A DNA stretch of 64,000 bases, taken from positions 16,907 to 80,906 of the forward strand of contig MQRK01217779.1 in NCBI GenBank assembly GCA_001938485.1. Direction: 5' to 3'. This document shows positions 26,368-40,063 of this stretch, piece by piece. The notes beneath the pieces were generated by a model. That model ran no database searches, had not been told where the DNA came from, and was given only the letters and a program-made list of their open reading frames with translations. Position numbers and translations under genes: made by a program. Source of the DNA: Girardia tigrina. Taxonomy: Eukaryota. Positions within the stretch are counted from its first letter, which is position 1; every line of letters begins with the position of its first letter.

Positions 26368-27253
26368 GTTAGCTACTATTTTTCTTGAAATTAGTGTTTT
26401 TTATAACAAATTCCTTTTCTGTTTAAACGTTTTAACTTTTCCTATATATTTGCTGTATATTATATGAGAATATAATCTTTTCCAGTTAATTATTACAAAT
26501 CAGTTCACTTTCCATAGTATGTACCATATATTTAAGTGTTATTTAAAACCAATAATAGTTTATAATTTTGTATATAAAAATTTATTTTATACATAAAAAA
26601 TAAGGATGAATCTTATTTAAAATATGTGGCAATTCAATTTATTTGTTAAAAAGAATTTCATTATAATGAAGTAAAAGGCGAATTATTATTTATTCGCCTT
26701 TTAACAATCACTTAACGTTTTAAAATAATTTATGTGTGGAATTAGACAACACGTGTTGAGATTTAATCAGTAATATATATTAATTGTTTTTATTCAATAT
26801 TTTGTTATAAGGCAAGTTATATGAGGAAGTATTACAAAGAACATGGAATGTATCGTATTTTGTCTCAAAAAGGTAACAATGAAGTTTCCTTAGAACATGA
26901 TTATACCTATGTTAGTCAAACATTGATTTAAATTATTCAGAGACGTGGATTTTAGATTAGTAAACTGATATTTAAGACAGTTCTTCCTGTATCAATCATG
27001 TCAGCTTGCTGTTTGATATTGACATATAATCAAAATCTATCGTTTGCGCAAGAATAGAACATTCCTTAGATCAATTAATTACTGTAGATTAAAAAAGAAT
27101 CTTAGGACAAAAATAGTACTTTTAACAAGACAATAAGTGTACTGAAGTCTAAAAATAGTATATCTTCTATTTGGTTTGATGAAAGAGGAGAAGATTAAAT
27201 TTTGAGGTAATACAAAGGATAAAACTATTACAGCTTTCATGTACAGTATTATA

Positions 27254-28394
27254 TTAGGTTGGTCGAAAAATAATGGCGGTTTTTGAGCTTTATACTTTGT
27301 TTATCTACTTTGATATGTGTATAAGTTTAAATGCATTAGTGTTAGATATTATTTGAAATCTTATGCCNNNNNNNNNNNNNNNNNNNNNNNNNNNNNNNNN
27401 NNNNNNNNNNNNNNNNNNNNNNNNNNNNNNNNNNNNNNNNNNNNNNNNNNNNNNNNNNNNNNNNNNNNNNNNNNNNNNNNNNNNNNNNNNNNNNNNNNNN
27501 NNNNNNNNNNNNNNNNNNNNNNNNNTGAACAACGACAATTTGAGGACAATGGTGGAAACAGATCCCCGTACAACAATCAGAGAACTTGCAGATGGGTTGG
27601 GCATTAGTCATTCAACAGTTCTGGATCATTTAAAACAACTTGGAGAAATCAAGAAACTTGATAAATGGGTTCCACATGATTTGAATGAAAATCAAAAGAA
27701 CCGACGCTATGAAATTTGTTCTGCCAATCACCTTCACAACAAAAACGATCCATTTCTTGATCGTATTGTTACCTGTGATGAGAAATAGATCCTGTATGAT
27801 AACTGACATCGATCTTCACAGTGGTTGGACAAAGATGAAGTACCGAAACACTTTCCAAAACCGAAACTAACACCCCGTAAGGTGATGGTGACAGTTTGGT
27901 GGTGTAATGCAGGAATCATCCACTATAGTTTCTTGAATCCAGGTGAAACAATCACAGCGGAGAGGTACTGTCATGAAATTGATGAAATGCATTAGAAATT
28001 GAAAACCCTTTGTCCGGGATTGGTCAATCGAAAAAGTCCCATCCTTCTTCATGACTCTTCAAAAGCTTAATGAGTTTGACTATGAAACCCTGCTTCATCC
28101 ACCATATTCACCAGACCTCTCGTCAATGGACTTCTACTTTTTCAGGCATTTGTACAACTTCCTACGTGAAAAAATTTTTAAAAACCAAAATGATGCTCAA
28201 AATGCCTTCCAAGAATTCGTCGCTTCGAGAACCGATGCATTTTATGCTGATGGAATAAAATAACTTGTTTCTCGTTGGCAGAAATGTATTGATGTCAACG
28301 GTTCATACTTTGATTAATAAACTTTTGTTTCTGTGAATTTGCACGCCTTTGAAGTTTGTGTCCCAAAACCGCCATTATTTTTCGACCAACCTAA
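27254..28394 (+). mobile_element. Defective mariner (cecropia/Hsmar1-like)
   Basis: TIRs ttaggttggtcgaaaaataatggcggtttt and its reverse complement, TA flanks; WVPHDL, VTCDEK, HPPYSPDLS; stops and an internal deletion. Confidence 0.9.
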
Positions 28395-28937
28395 TATTTT
28401 GATCTTACTTTTTTCCTTTGATTCAATTGTTATTTTATTATAATAATAATTTATAATAAATAAATTTTTAAATGATACTATGATCTCCAAAAATTGTATC
28501 AATAAATTCAAATAAAATAGATATTTTTTAAAATAATTCTAATACTAATAATTATTTTAAATATTTATCGATATTGTTTGAATTAATAAATACAATTTTC
28601 CGGAACCATCGCATCATTTCACAATTTTGTTCAAGTCATAATTAACACGTTAACTAACATGAGATACACCTTATGTGTCTCACTAAAATATCCGCGTATA
28701 TCTGTCCACTCTACATGTCATAACTTAATGTTATGTAAGGAATACCCCTCTTCTTTCTCTTCATAAATATGACTCTAGAAACGTAGTGTAAAAATAAGGA
28801 TTTTCGTAAGGCACTAATCGCCCGGAGGCTTTAATTTATAAATAGTGACTGGTGCGAGGGCGGCCGCAGCGTTTTTGTAGCTGCAGCGCACTGGTGTTTG
28901 GAGGCGGAATTCGGGTCGCGGGGAGGAACAAAAACAA

Positions 28938-29790
28938 ATCTCACATTTACCCGGTCCGTGATACGTCATTCGGTATTGAACACAAAAAACAAAGTCGCAC
29001 TGAGCATGAAACCAAACCATGCTGTTCTTCGGTAAATATCGAAACTGTGCACCGCGGACAATCACTAATTTCAGTTGCTTGCTTTAAACACTGATTCAAC
29101 AATAATTGGTCCCATCTCTCAAATTCATCATTCTTTAGAACGAGATTTAACTCTCCGTATTACATCGTCTCCTAGCAAACCGAACACTTTAACTTGAGAT
29201 TATCCAATTTTATGCTCTCCTTAGCGGACTCGATCACGCATCTCAAACACACTACATGTCCGCTTTTCTCCAAGTTCATACAATCCAATTCCCGCTTACA
29301 CGCAAAAAAACTCCACATTCAATAATCGATTCATCGAAAACTCTTTTGCATTAACGCTTGTCGTAATCCTTTAATATCTCATACACATCATCGTCTCTCA
29401 CTTCTTCTCCTTCCTCTTCATTCTTCCTAATCAATTGATCAATATCGATCGTCAAATCACTGCACGCAGCGCCAGTCATCTCTTGAGATCCTAACACTAT
29501 CGGAAGACACTCATTCTCGATAAACTGAAAGCAATTCCACAACATTCCTTCATCGATTGAGCAATTCTAAAAGATCGATATGATTTTTTCATTGAGTCTG
29601 TTGGCGATTGCTCGGTAACCAGTTGCAAGAAATCTCCGCGATGCGTTGAGATGTGATATGGACCTCTTGTGACGAGGAAGTGAACCGAGTTGTGAATGAA
29701 GGAAAATGATGAATTTGGAATAAGCGCTTTTCATCTTTTTCGATCAATACTCTCTTGAATTGATGGAGTTTAATTTCAGCATCTTTAAAA
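28938..29790 (-). pseudogene. Intronless RNF14/ARA54-like RBR E3 ligase pseudogene (RWD end, RING1, IBR; RING2 missing)
   Basis: Joined across frameshifts: EISCNWLP...MLWNCFQFIENECL...EILKDYDK...ECGV..ACKRELDCMNLEKSGHVVCLRC...LKCSVC...FERWDQLLL...DCPRC...QCDFVFCVQYRMTYHGPGKC. Several stops. Confidence 0.75.
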
Positions 29791-31070
29791 GGCGAATAAT
29801 GAACAATTGGAACTTGATATTTTACTAATTAAAATGAAAAAAAGTTTATATAAAAAATTATAGTGTAATTTATATTTTTAATTATAAATTAATTTATATT
29901 TTAATTTATAATTTTAGTGTAATTAATATTTGTTATGACGAAATATGTTAATGAGGGAAATGTTTGAAATGATTTTGTTATTTTCTCTCATTATTATGCA
30001 TACTTCTACATGCAAATGTGGAATATTGTGCTGTTGATGAAATTCTATTTGGAATCAATTTAAATGTTTTGTTCTGATTTTAAAGAAAAATTTTAATCAA
30101 CAGACAACAATTTATCAATATGCACGATTCTGGAATGTATTTGAAATGTTTTTATACATTTAGTAAAAAAATTATTTTCTGCAACCACCATTTTTGAAAT
30201 AAACACTCGAGAATTTTGTAGAAAATAATTTTATTTAAAATAATTCAAATTATACAATGTCAAAAAAACAATGGCTACTCAAAATTTAATTCAAAATAAA
30301 TTGGATCGAATTATTTTTTTAATCCATTAAAACAAAGTCGACACCAAAGTTCGCACACATATACAAATTGCGATTTTTTATTTTTATTCGAAACATTCGC
30401 GCACCAAAACCGGTAAAGAACATCGAAATTCTCTTTCAACGATTTATATTCGTTCGTACGATTTTCTAATTTACAATCGATTGTAACATTTTTATCGAAT
30501 AATCGAAATCGATTTGTTGAATGAATAACAAATTCGTTTTGTATAAAGTTTGAATTTCAAATGACGAATTATGTAATCGGTTGTAAATTAATTTCATCAA
30601 GCGATTTCTGAGAAAAATAATCAAAAATTTGATTATTGTGGTTTTTTCAAATTTCCGTTATTCGAAATCGATAATGAACTTTTAACCAATAATTTCAATT
30701 TGATTTCGTCAGTGAATTGTTGAATCAAATTAAATCGACTCTGTTGTAATGACAACGCCGCCGCGCTTTGTTTGAATAGTACACAAATTTTAATATCGAA
30801 TTATACAAATTCGACATGATGTTATCGAGGAGGAAAGAAGATCGAATCAAATCGGCTCAGTCAAATTCTCTCTATGGTCGCAAATCGAAAGAGTGAGTTT
30901 CTGTTACATTTCTTTCCGTCGTTCCTTTCCGACTGTTTTATCGATTTTTTCATTCGGTAATTAATAATGGCTGTCGACACTGAATTCACCGATTTGATTT
31001 TTATTTTTTTTTTACCAATTCTCATCAAAACAGTGACAGTTAAAATGGTGATACTATAGCATTATCAAAA

Positions 31071-31189
31071 TGTTGGATATTAGATATTTTGATTATTTCA
31101 AATATTTAATATATGCTTTTTTGATAAATATTTTGTTTAAATATCATCAATTAAACATTGTTTTGAAAATAAACTTTTCATGTGTTACA
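31071..31189 (+). repeat. 5' LTR (119 bp)
   Basis: Direct repeat of 35075-35180, which is 106 bp because of a 13-bp deletion. Confidence 0.9.
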
Positions 31190-34100
31190 AGCTATCCTGG
31201 CACAATGAATGATATAAAAATTGTTTTGGAGTTTTTGGAAAAATTCGATGGAAGCATCAGCTTCGAGATTTGGCAGAAGAAATTTGAAATGGTCATGAAA
31301 ATCCAGAAGATTACTGATCCAGCCCCGTATCTCCCCTTTTTACTATCGGGGGTTGCACTGAACATCTACATGGAATCGGGCGAGAAGACACAAAGCAGCT
31401 GTGATCGGTTCTTCAAGATACTAAACAACTCGTTCGGCCTGACTAGACGTTCTGCGTACAGTCAATTGATAAACTTACAGTATCACTATCGATGAATATG
31501 CGTCTCAGGTGAAAATGTTAGCAACAAAGGTCGACGATCTAACAAAGGCTGCCTTCATGGCTGGACTGCCTTTCGAGTTGCAGGTGGATTTGGAACGGGC
31601 CGGNNNNNNNNNNNNNNNNNNNNNNNNNNNNNNNNNNNNNNNNNNNNNNNNNNTATGCGTCTCAGGTGAAAATGTTAGCAACAAAGGTCGACGATCTAAC
31701 AAAGGCTGCCTTCATGGCTGGACTGCCTTTCGAGTTGCAGGTGGATTTGGAACGGGCCGGCGACCAACCCCTTACCGAAATGATCGAGTATAGCCGCAGG
31801 TATTTGGGGATTAAAAAGGGTTTATTACAGGGTTCAATGGCAGCAATACAACACGGAAACAACAACAAAGAAACAGGGAGTTCCGGAGGTCANNNNNNNN
31901 NNNNNNNNNNNNNNNNNNNNNNNNNNNNNNNNNNNNNNNNNNACAGGGTTCAATGGCAGCAATACAACACGGAAACAACAACAAAGAAACAGGGAGTTCC
32001 GGAGGTCAGGGAGAACTCGATAAACACAGAGCAAATCTTCAGAAAGGACCCTATGTTTATCATGAGAGAGACACCAAATCGAAGGAAAGTAATCATCATA
32101 AGGGTTCTCAGTGGCAATCAAACAGACAAACAATATGCTACAAATGTCAGAAACCGGGTCATATCGCAAAATATTGTCGTTCGGGAAACGAATAGGGTCG
32201 TTTGTAGGCGCCAGCTCTCTCCCTTCACAGTTTCAGGCGTTGCCGACGATGATCGTCACTGTAAATGACAGGTCAGCCATAGTGTTGATTGATTTGGGTT
32301 GTTCGAAAACGGTTGTTTTAAAAAGGTTAGTTATTGATTGTATGTTGTTTTCTGACGAAGAAAATATGGTTTTGGCAAATGGAAAGGGTGTTAGAGTGGG
32401 TTCGGGTGAAGTGCGACTGAATATAAATGATCATTAGGGTGGAATGTTCGGTCATGGAACATTTGCCGTATAGTCTAGGGATCTTAATAGGCATGGATGT
32501 CATAGGTAAATTTGGCAGCGTCAGAATTAATAAGGGTGTTATTGAGTTCAGCGAAGAAGAAATTAAAGGGATAGATAGTAGCTTGAGTTGTACTGCATCG
32601 GATACGCATCTTGTTAGTATAAAAAAGCATAATTTTGAAATTAAGTTTAAGGAAAATTGGTCGATTAAATGGAATTGGAAAAGTGAGGCTCCGAGTCATC
32701 TTCCGAATCGTCAGTCAGTTTTTAAGGACAAAAAATTAAAAGATGTTGCAACGTTGAAAATTTTAGACGGTTGGTTAGAAAAGGGTTATCTAATCGAGTA
32801 CAATGAGAAGGAAATGGGTAAATCGTTAGGATCCATACCGATATTTGGAATATTACAGGCTAATAAGTCCAAGATAAGACCCATTTTTGATTTTAGAAAA
32901 TTAAACAATTACGTGGACGTTTATAGTGGTTCTGCGGACATATGTTTAGAAAAGCTCCTTGATTGGCGACGTAGGGGTTCGACTTTTTTAATGCTTGATT
33001 TGTCAGAGGCGTATATGCAGATTCATGTTCATAAGAACATGTGCGTTACCAATCTTGTATCATTAATAACAAGAAATATGCTTTAAGTAGAATGGGTTTT
33101 GGTTTAAACATTGCACCAACTATAATGACCGAAATCGTCAGTTGGATTCTGAACTTTGACACCAGGATGCGTGAAAATACAGACTCTTATATTGATGATA
33201 TTTATGTAAATGAAAGTTTCATTTCTATTGAAGAAGTAGAAAAAGTGTTCAATAACTTCAGTCTCAAATTTAAGAAACCGGAAAATCTGTCACAAGTCAA
33301 CGAAGTTCGAGTTTTAGGAATGAAAGACTTTAAGGACCAACATGTAGTGAGATGGAAAAGGGACAATCAGGTATGGGAAGAGTTTGATGTGGAATCAATT
33401 TCACGTCGTGAGTTATATTCGTTATGTGGACAATTAGAGGAATACATCCGGTAGCTAGTTGGCTGCGTCCGTCATGTTCATATCTTAAACGACTTAGTGA
33501 AGGAAGGTGGAATGAAAAGATAGACAAGGAATTATTCGAGAAGATTAAATGGGTTTTAAAGATAGTGATGAAGAGTGATCCTTGCAGAGCTTTATGGGCC
33601 ATTGATGACTGCAGGGAAGGTATTATATGGTGCGGCTCAAGCTCAATAGCCATTGGTGTGGCGTTAGAAGTCAAGGGGAACATAATCGAGGACGCATCAT
33701 GGTTGAGAAAACCTGATGATTCTAGACATATTAATGTAGCAGAACTAGAAGCAGTTGTAAAGGGTTTAAACTTATGTGTGAAATGGGGTTTAATGAGTGT
33801 GATAGTAAAATCGGATAATAAGTCAGTAGTTTCGTGGGTAACCACAACAATCTCAGATCGCGAAAAATTAAATACCATGGCTTCGTCTGAGCTTTTAATA
33901 AAACGAAGACTGTCGATGATCAAGGAACTGTGTCAGGAGTATGAGATCGAGTTGAAGATCGAGTTTGTTAATAGCGAAGATAACAAGGCGGACGAGTTGA
34001 CAAGAATCCCAAAACAATTAAAAAGAAGCAATTGTTTTGTATCGGTTACGGACGATCTACTCAAGCTGCAGCAACTACATGATAAGTGTCATTTAGGCGC

Positions 34101-35074
34101 AAACAGAATGCAATATCTATGTGTGAAGCAACTAATAGGTGTGTCAAACGTGGATATCAAGGATCTGATTTCAAGATGTCAAAAATGTCAATCCATCGAT
34201 CCGGCACCCGTAAAATGGAAAACCGGTAGGCTGAGCGTCAACGAAAACTGGACAAGACTTGCTGCGGATGTTACAAAGTACAATCAACAAAAATTTTTAA
34301 GTGTAATCGATTGTGGTCCTTCTCGCTTTGCGATATGGAAATTAATTAAGGCTGAAGACGTCAAGTCAATTGCCTCAGAATTTTCAAGTTAGTTCTGTGA
34401 ACGCGGGTGTCCCAAGGAACTAATTACCGATAATTATACCACATTTCATTCGGTAGAATTCAACAAGCTAATGGAAAAGTGGAACGTTCGAGTCATGTAT
34501 CGTGCCATCAATCGACCTAACTGCAACGGAATAATAGAAATGAATCATAGAACAATCAAAAGAATTGCGTCCAGGTCAAATATCAGCATATTGGAAGCCT
34601 TATGGTGGTATAATAACACGCTATCTGAAGGAAAGGAAACACCAAGCTTGGCGCTGTATAGCTATTTGCCCATAGGGTTAGATATTATTGGAAGAAGTGA
34701 AAAGGAATCGTTTTGTGGAAATTCAGATTATGTAGAGAATCAATTAGTGTGGGTAAAAACGGAAAACAGTACACCATGTACACAGCAATGGGCCAAGTGT
34801 GTTGTCGTGAAGAGAATAGATCAAAGGAAATATCTAGTAAATTGCAACAGATTTTGCGGTCCAAGACATATCTGAGACATTCGACCTAGACAGCCTGACT
34901 TGGTTGAAAATTCCAAGTCATACTATATGAATATGGAGGAAACTGCATCACTACCAGACAAACACAAGATGAACAATCATTGAACAGCAGGCCTAGAAGA
35001 GAAAGACGAAGACCGTCTTATCTAAATGATTACAGTGTGGATTCAGATTCTTCTGTGGATGAATCTGGTGGGAG

Positions 35075-35180
35075 TGTTGGATATTAGATATTTTGATTAT
35101 TTCAAATATTTAATATATGCTTTTTTGATAAATATTATCAATTAAACATTGTTTTGAAAATAAACTTTTCGCGTGTTACA
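35075..35180 (+). repeat. 3' LTR (106 bp)
   Basis: Direct repeat of 31071-31189, preceded by a purine tract. Confidence 0.9.
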
Positions 35181-36569
35181 CCAAACTTCCATAAATTAAA
35201 CCATATTCAAAATTGCATTGGAGTTTCTCGAGTCATGGAGGATTACGACAAAAATGGTTAATATCTAAGGGATATGTAAAATGTTTACTAGATAAGCTGT
35301 CACTGTGGGCCTGTGAATTTTAATCATAAATTTATGCTAAATATATATTATAAAAAATAAAAATTAGATTTTGTTTTTTTAACAGAAAAAATAGAATAAA
35401 GAAGCTACTACACAAAATTGAAATTTCCCATAATTTATATTTATTATTAGTACGATTCTGGTATTTATATTTCCGGAGCAAAATAAGGAAATGATATTTC
35501 AAGAAAGTTAACTATCTTCGTTTTGTTGGCTTAATTTATTTAAATCAATTGAAAAACAAACCTCTTTTAATCTTTTCTTAATATTTATATTTATTACAAT
35601 TTTTTACAGAATATCAAACTGACAAATAGATGATTGACTTCGGTCATAATTTTCTTTAAAGTTCAGCGATATTAAAGGTTTAAAATAAATGTAATACTTT
35701 TATGATTATTTCATCACAATTTCACTTTCAGTTAAATCTCCAGGTTTCACTTCAGAATTCATAATATCAACAAGTAGAATTTATTTAATATTTACCATCT
35801 TTTTAGAATACTTAAACAAATTAATAATCACAACTCATTCTTTTTCTTATTTTTTTGACCTGAAAAGAAATTGTTTTTTAACTTTAAATAAAATGAATTA
35901 TGACATTTTCATTTGAACTTCGAGATTAAAATTCGTTTTTTGTAAAATATAATTTAAAATCTTTAAATACAAAAATTGCATGCATTCTTTCGTGGTTTCC
36001 CTATTCTTCTTTATTGGAATTTTTTAATTAAATTTTTTATAATAATTAAACTTTATTTTTAAACTTTTCTTATTTTAATTATTAGATTAATTACTTTATT
36101 TTCTCTTTTAACATTAAATACTTAATTTTTTTATTTTAAAATTTGTCATTTCTTAATACTGTGTTTTAAAGTAATTTTCAAAGTGTTTATTATTGTCACT
36201 ATATTTTTTGTAAACATTATAATTTACAACACGCGTTAAACAAACAAAAATAAAATCCACATTCACAATATAAAACTTTTAAAATAATTTTTTCAACAAT
36301 AACATAATAAATGCGGTTTAATGTATAAGAGATTTTTTGATATCTTCTGAATTTATTTTAATTCTGAAATTGGAATTGGTTGAATTAGCTACAGGAATAA
36401 TATGAAACTAAGAAACAGTTTTTCTGTGCAGTGTTTTAATTTTAATACAGACCCATCAAGTATATACCATGTTTAAAAATAAGACACTAAATAAATAGGA
36501 ATAAGTTTATATAAACTCATTGATTAAAAATTTACATTGGACATGAATATGGAATGCTGAAATTGTCGT

Positions 36570-37931
36570 CAGGGTAGCAGAAATAACTTGTCTCTGTAAG
36601 TTTACTGGTTAATATTGACTTCTTGGTCAGTAATTTGGAAACCACCATACCATCAACGCATCAACAATTTTACTGACATCCGAAAAGTTCAAGTCAATAT
36701 TCGATGACAACGAAGGCAAGAAAACTAAAGAAAAAACAACAAGGACGGAGTAAAACATCGAGACAGTTCGAGAATATTATCAAGAAAGTCCTAGTACATT
36801 TGAAAGACAAGCATCGCCAGTTTAAAACATCAGCAAGACATTAATTCATCGAATTTAATAAATTGATATTGGTCTATTTCCATACAAAATTCAAGTCAAC
36901 CAGCCGATTAGTGAAATGACCAGCAACAAAAGATTGGAATTTGCGAACAAAATGATCACCTCATCTGAATGTTGAGGAGTTGATTTTAAACGCATTTGGT
37001 TTAGCGACGAAGCTCAGTTCCATCTGCAAGATTACGTAAACAAGCAGAATAGATGGATCTGGGGAAGTGAAAATCCTCATTGTTCGATTATTAAGCCATT
37101 ACTCCCCGTTCGGTTTACAGTTTGGTGTGTGATTTCAGCGAAATGATTATTGGCCTGGTGTTTATTACGCAAAATATTACTGGTGAGGGATATTTCAACA
37201 TGTTAAATAACGATTTCATCCTCTATCTTGGGGGTCTCGATAAAATCAACGATTATTGGTTCATGCAAGGTGGCGCTAGACATCATAGATATCTCAAAAT
37301 ATTCGAATTATTTGGCGAGCACTTTGGAAACAGGATTATTGGACTTGATTCTATGAAATATACCAGTGAAGGTATCCATAGGTTACTACATTCACGAGAC
37401 GTAAACCCCTGCAACTATTTTCTATGGGGATATTTAAAGGACCGGGTGTATCGAACGGAGCCAAAGACGTTGGACGACCTGAGAAACACTGTCTAACACG
37501 AAATCAAGGAAATTAGAAACGATGTTTTGGCGAAAACTATTGGTAACTTTGATACGAGGCTGTATCATTTTATCAACTCAAGTGGGAATTACTTCAAAAT
37601 TCTTCTCTATTAATTTTTCTTACCTTTTTAAACAATATATACCTTTTATTCTAATTATTATGTAAGTTTTAAACCTTTTTAAACTATTATAACTTCTAAA
37701 CTATGCATCTCACAATAAAACAAATAAAGTATTCGTATTCAGCATACAACTATCAAATGACACCTCATTCGCATCGAAATTCCGAGTTACGTAATTTGAG
37801 ATTAATTGCATAATTTGACCCTGATGCTATACGACGTATAGAAATTATAGAAACTTAGGGCCTAAGTTATATATCAAAATGCTTTTTTCGACGAGCTGAT
37901 TCCATTTCTGCGTAACCATTGAACCACCCTG
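36570..37931 (+). mobile_element. Decayed IS630-Tc1-mariner element (rosa/DD41D-like)
   Basis: WFSDEAQFHL..YVNKQN..IWGSENPH, WFMQGGA and DVNPCNYFLWGYLKDRVY motifs; 3' terminus ...ccaccctg followed by TA. 5' end uncertain. Confidence 0.75.
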
Positions 37932-38638
37932 TATATTGAATAATGCAGAATGATTGAGTGAAGTAAATAGATAAGGAAATTAATAAATAATTAAGTGTTA
38001 TGAATGTTTGACATTGGATCATTTCTACAGTTAATAAATGTTAAGAGATTCGAAAAATAATTCCAAAGTAGAAGACATATTAAATAAATTAAGTAGATTA
38101 AATAATGATTATCTGAAGAAAGGACCTAGAATTTATTTTTGAAAAAAAGCGTCTTATAAATAGCTTTTTCACGTCGGTATTACTTTTATTTAATTAATTA
38201 TTGAATAGATTATGTTCTTTAGGCTACTAGTTAATTTTATTTAAACAGTTACAAACGTATTTAATGAGTTTTTATATAAATTACGAAATATACTTTACGT
38301 ATAATCTCTTTAACTAATTTCAAACTTTTTAAAATTATATTCAGAATTTAATTTTATATAAAATTTACAATTATTTTCTAATGTCTTCACTTCCTATAGA
38401 TTGTATATTTTCTAGCCAATATTATTCAAAGAAACATATCCCAAAAGTCTGTATATTTTGTCGTAGAGTTATGTAAAAAGAAGTATTACTTTTCTTATAA
38501 AAATAAACAATAAAAAAATAAACAATATAAAACTAAACAATTCTTCTTTCAATACTGATATCATGACATTTGTTAAAACTGGTAGATCATAAGAAATATA
38601 ACATTTATACATTTCTATTTCGATAGAAATGGCTTTCA

Positions 38639-38685
<47 letters not shown>

Positions 38686-38735
38686 NNNNNNNNNNNNNNN
38701 NNNNNNNNNNNNNNNNNNNNNNNNNNNNNNNNNNN

Positions 38736-38789
<54 letters not shown>

Positions 38790-38915
38790 CCGCATGACAT
38801 GTAGTGATTCATTGTATTTATATTCATAAATATTTTTTAAATAAAAACAATATTTTTCGGGAAGCGTTTGAAGTGTATTTTAATGTAAGGTAAACAATAA
38901 TATTTATCTATTTAG

Positions 38916-38990
38916 ATCGCTGAACTTGTAGCATCAGAATTTTTTGAACAAGGAGATTTAGAAAAACTTGAATTGAACATTAAACCAATC
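38916..38990 (+). CDS. PDE5/11-family exon
   Basis: IAELVASEFFEQGDLEKLELNIKPI (EFFxQGD motif); TTTAG acceptor, GTAAG donor; phase 0/0. Confidence 0.95.
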
Positions 38991-39740
38991 GTAAGAATAT
39001 AATATTATTTATATGTATGCTATACTTCAACTCAATATGGAAATAGAATGTTTATTTTAATTGCTTTAATTTTTAAATGTCTTACTTTGTATAAATATTT
39101 TTATAAATTATCCATAAAATACACAAAACAGAAGGAGTCTCTAGAGAAAAATAAAGATTTCTGATTAATCAGATAAATTAATAACCTTTTTATTGTCTAC
39201 AGTAAAATATTCAATTTATTACTTGACATTTTAAAATATAAAGCGTAAAATATTTCTGGTAAAAGAAATTATCACAAGTGAACATTTTTAAGAACTTATT
39301 ATATTATTGTATTTGTATTATAAAAAAGATTATAAATATTTATAATTATGTTAACTTTAAGTTACTCTAAAATTTAAAATGATAATCATCGAAGTTGTCA
39401 ATAAGCGGATTGATACTGCCGTTTTAACATTGATGGGTGCGATGCCATATACATTTGAGAGACTACCCGTTATATTTGTAAACGATTTCAAAAATAAAGT
39501 AGAAAAGATGGTAAGACGGTTACATTCCAGAACATAGGAAAAAATATAAATATGAAAAATATAAAAATAAATATTAAAAAAAATTATTATTTAAAATTTG
39601 ATTTTTAAGAAAATATTTTAGAAATTAAAAAAAATATATGTAAAATTAATCAAAAATTATTTAGAAATATATTAATTGATTCTACTTTTTGAAATTAGTT
39701 TGAAAATAAATTGAAAATTGTTTTAAAGTATTTAAATAAA

Positions 39741-40063
39741 TCTCATAATTGAAGAAGAATGTCTGTTTATCTGTTCACTATCCGTATGGAGAAGGAACGA
39801 TTAAATGCAATCAAACTTTCCCCATACCTTCTCCAAACAAATGGAAGGTCGATATTGACTGTTTTCCAAGAAAACCTTGTCTGTGATACTGTTCAAAAGG
39901 ATGACAGTATTTCAAAATATAAAATAGTATTGTTAATGAAGGCAGCTGAAGGCCATTTCAGCACTCATATACTATCATTAACACGATCTACTTTGGGATC
40001 AACCCTAACAAGTTTACAATGTACTATTACATTTTCTAAATACATAGCGAACACCTTCGCTAG
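39741..40063 (+). mobile_element. Probable non-autonomous Helitron
   Basis: A|TC start and CTAG|T end with a small terminal hairpin (tagcgaa-cacc-ttcgcta); no TSD. Confidence 0.4.

Larger units (their letters stand above)
31071..35180 (+). mobile_element. Compact Ty3/gypsy-type LTR retrotransposon with very short LTRs (defective)
   Basis: LTRs 31071-31189 and 35075-35180 (TG...CA); near-TSD caaaa/ccaaa; gag CCHC; protease IDLGC; RT YIDD; RNase H; HHCC plus DDE integrase; PPT ggtgggag. Confidence 0.9.

Noticed and set aside
31497-32010. Tandem duplications inside gag (31497-31603 vs 31654-31760; ~31826-31892 vs ~31943-32008)
   Set aside because: Identical copies flank 50-N gaps, the signature of unmerged contig overlaps rather than biology.
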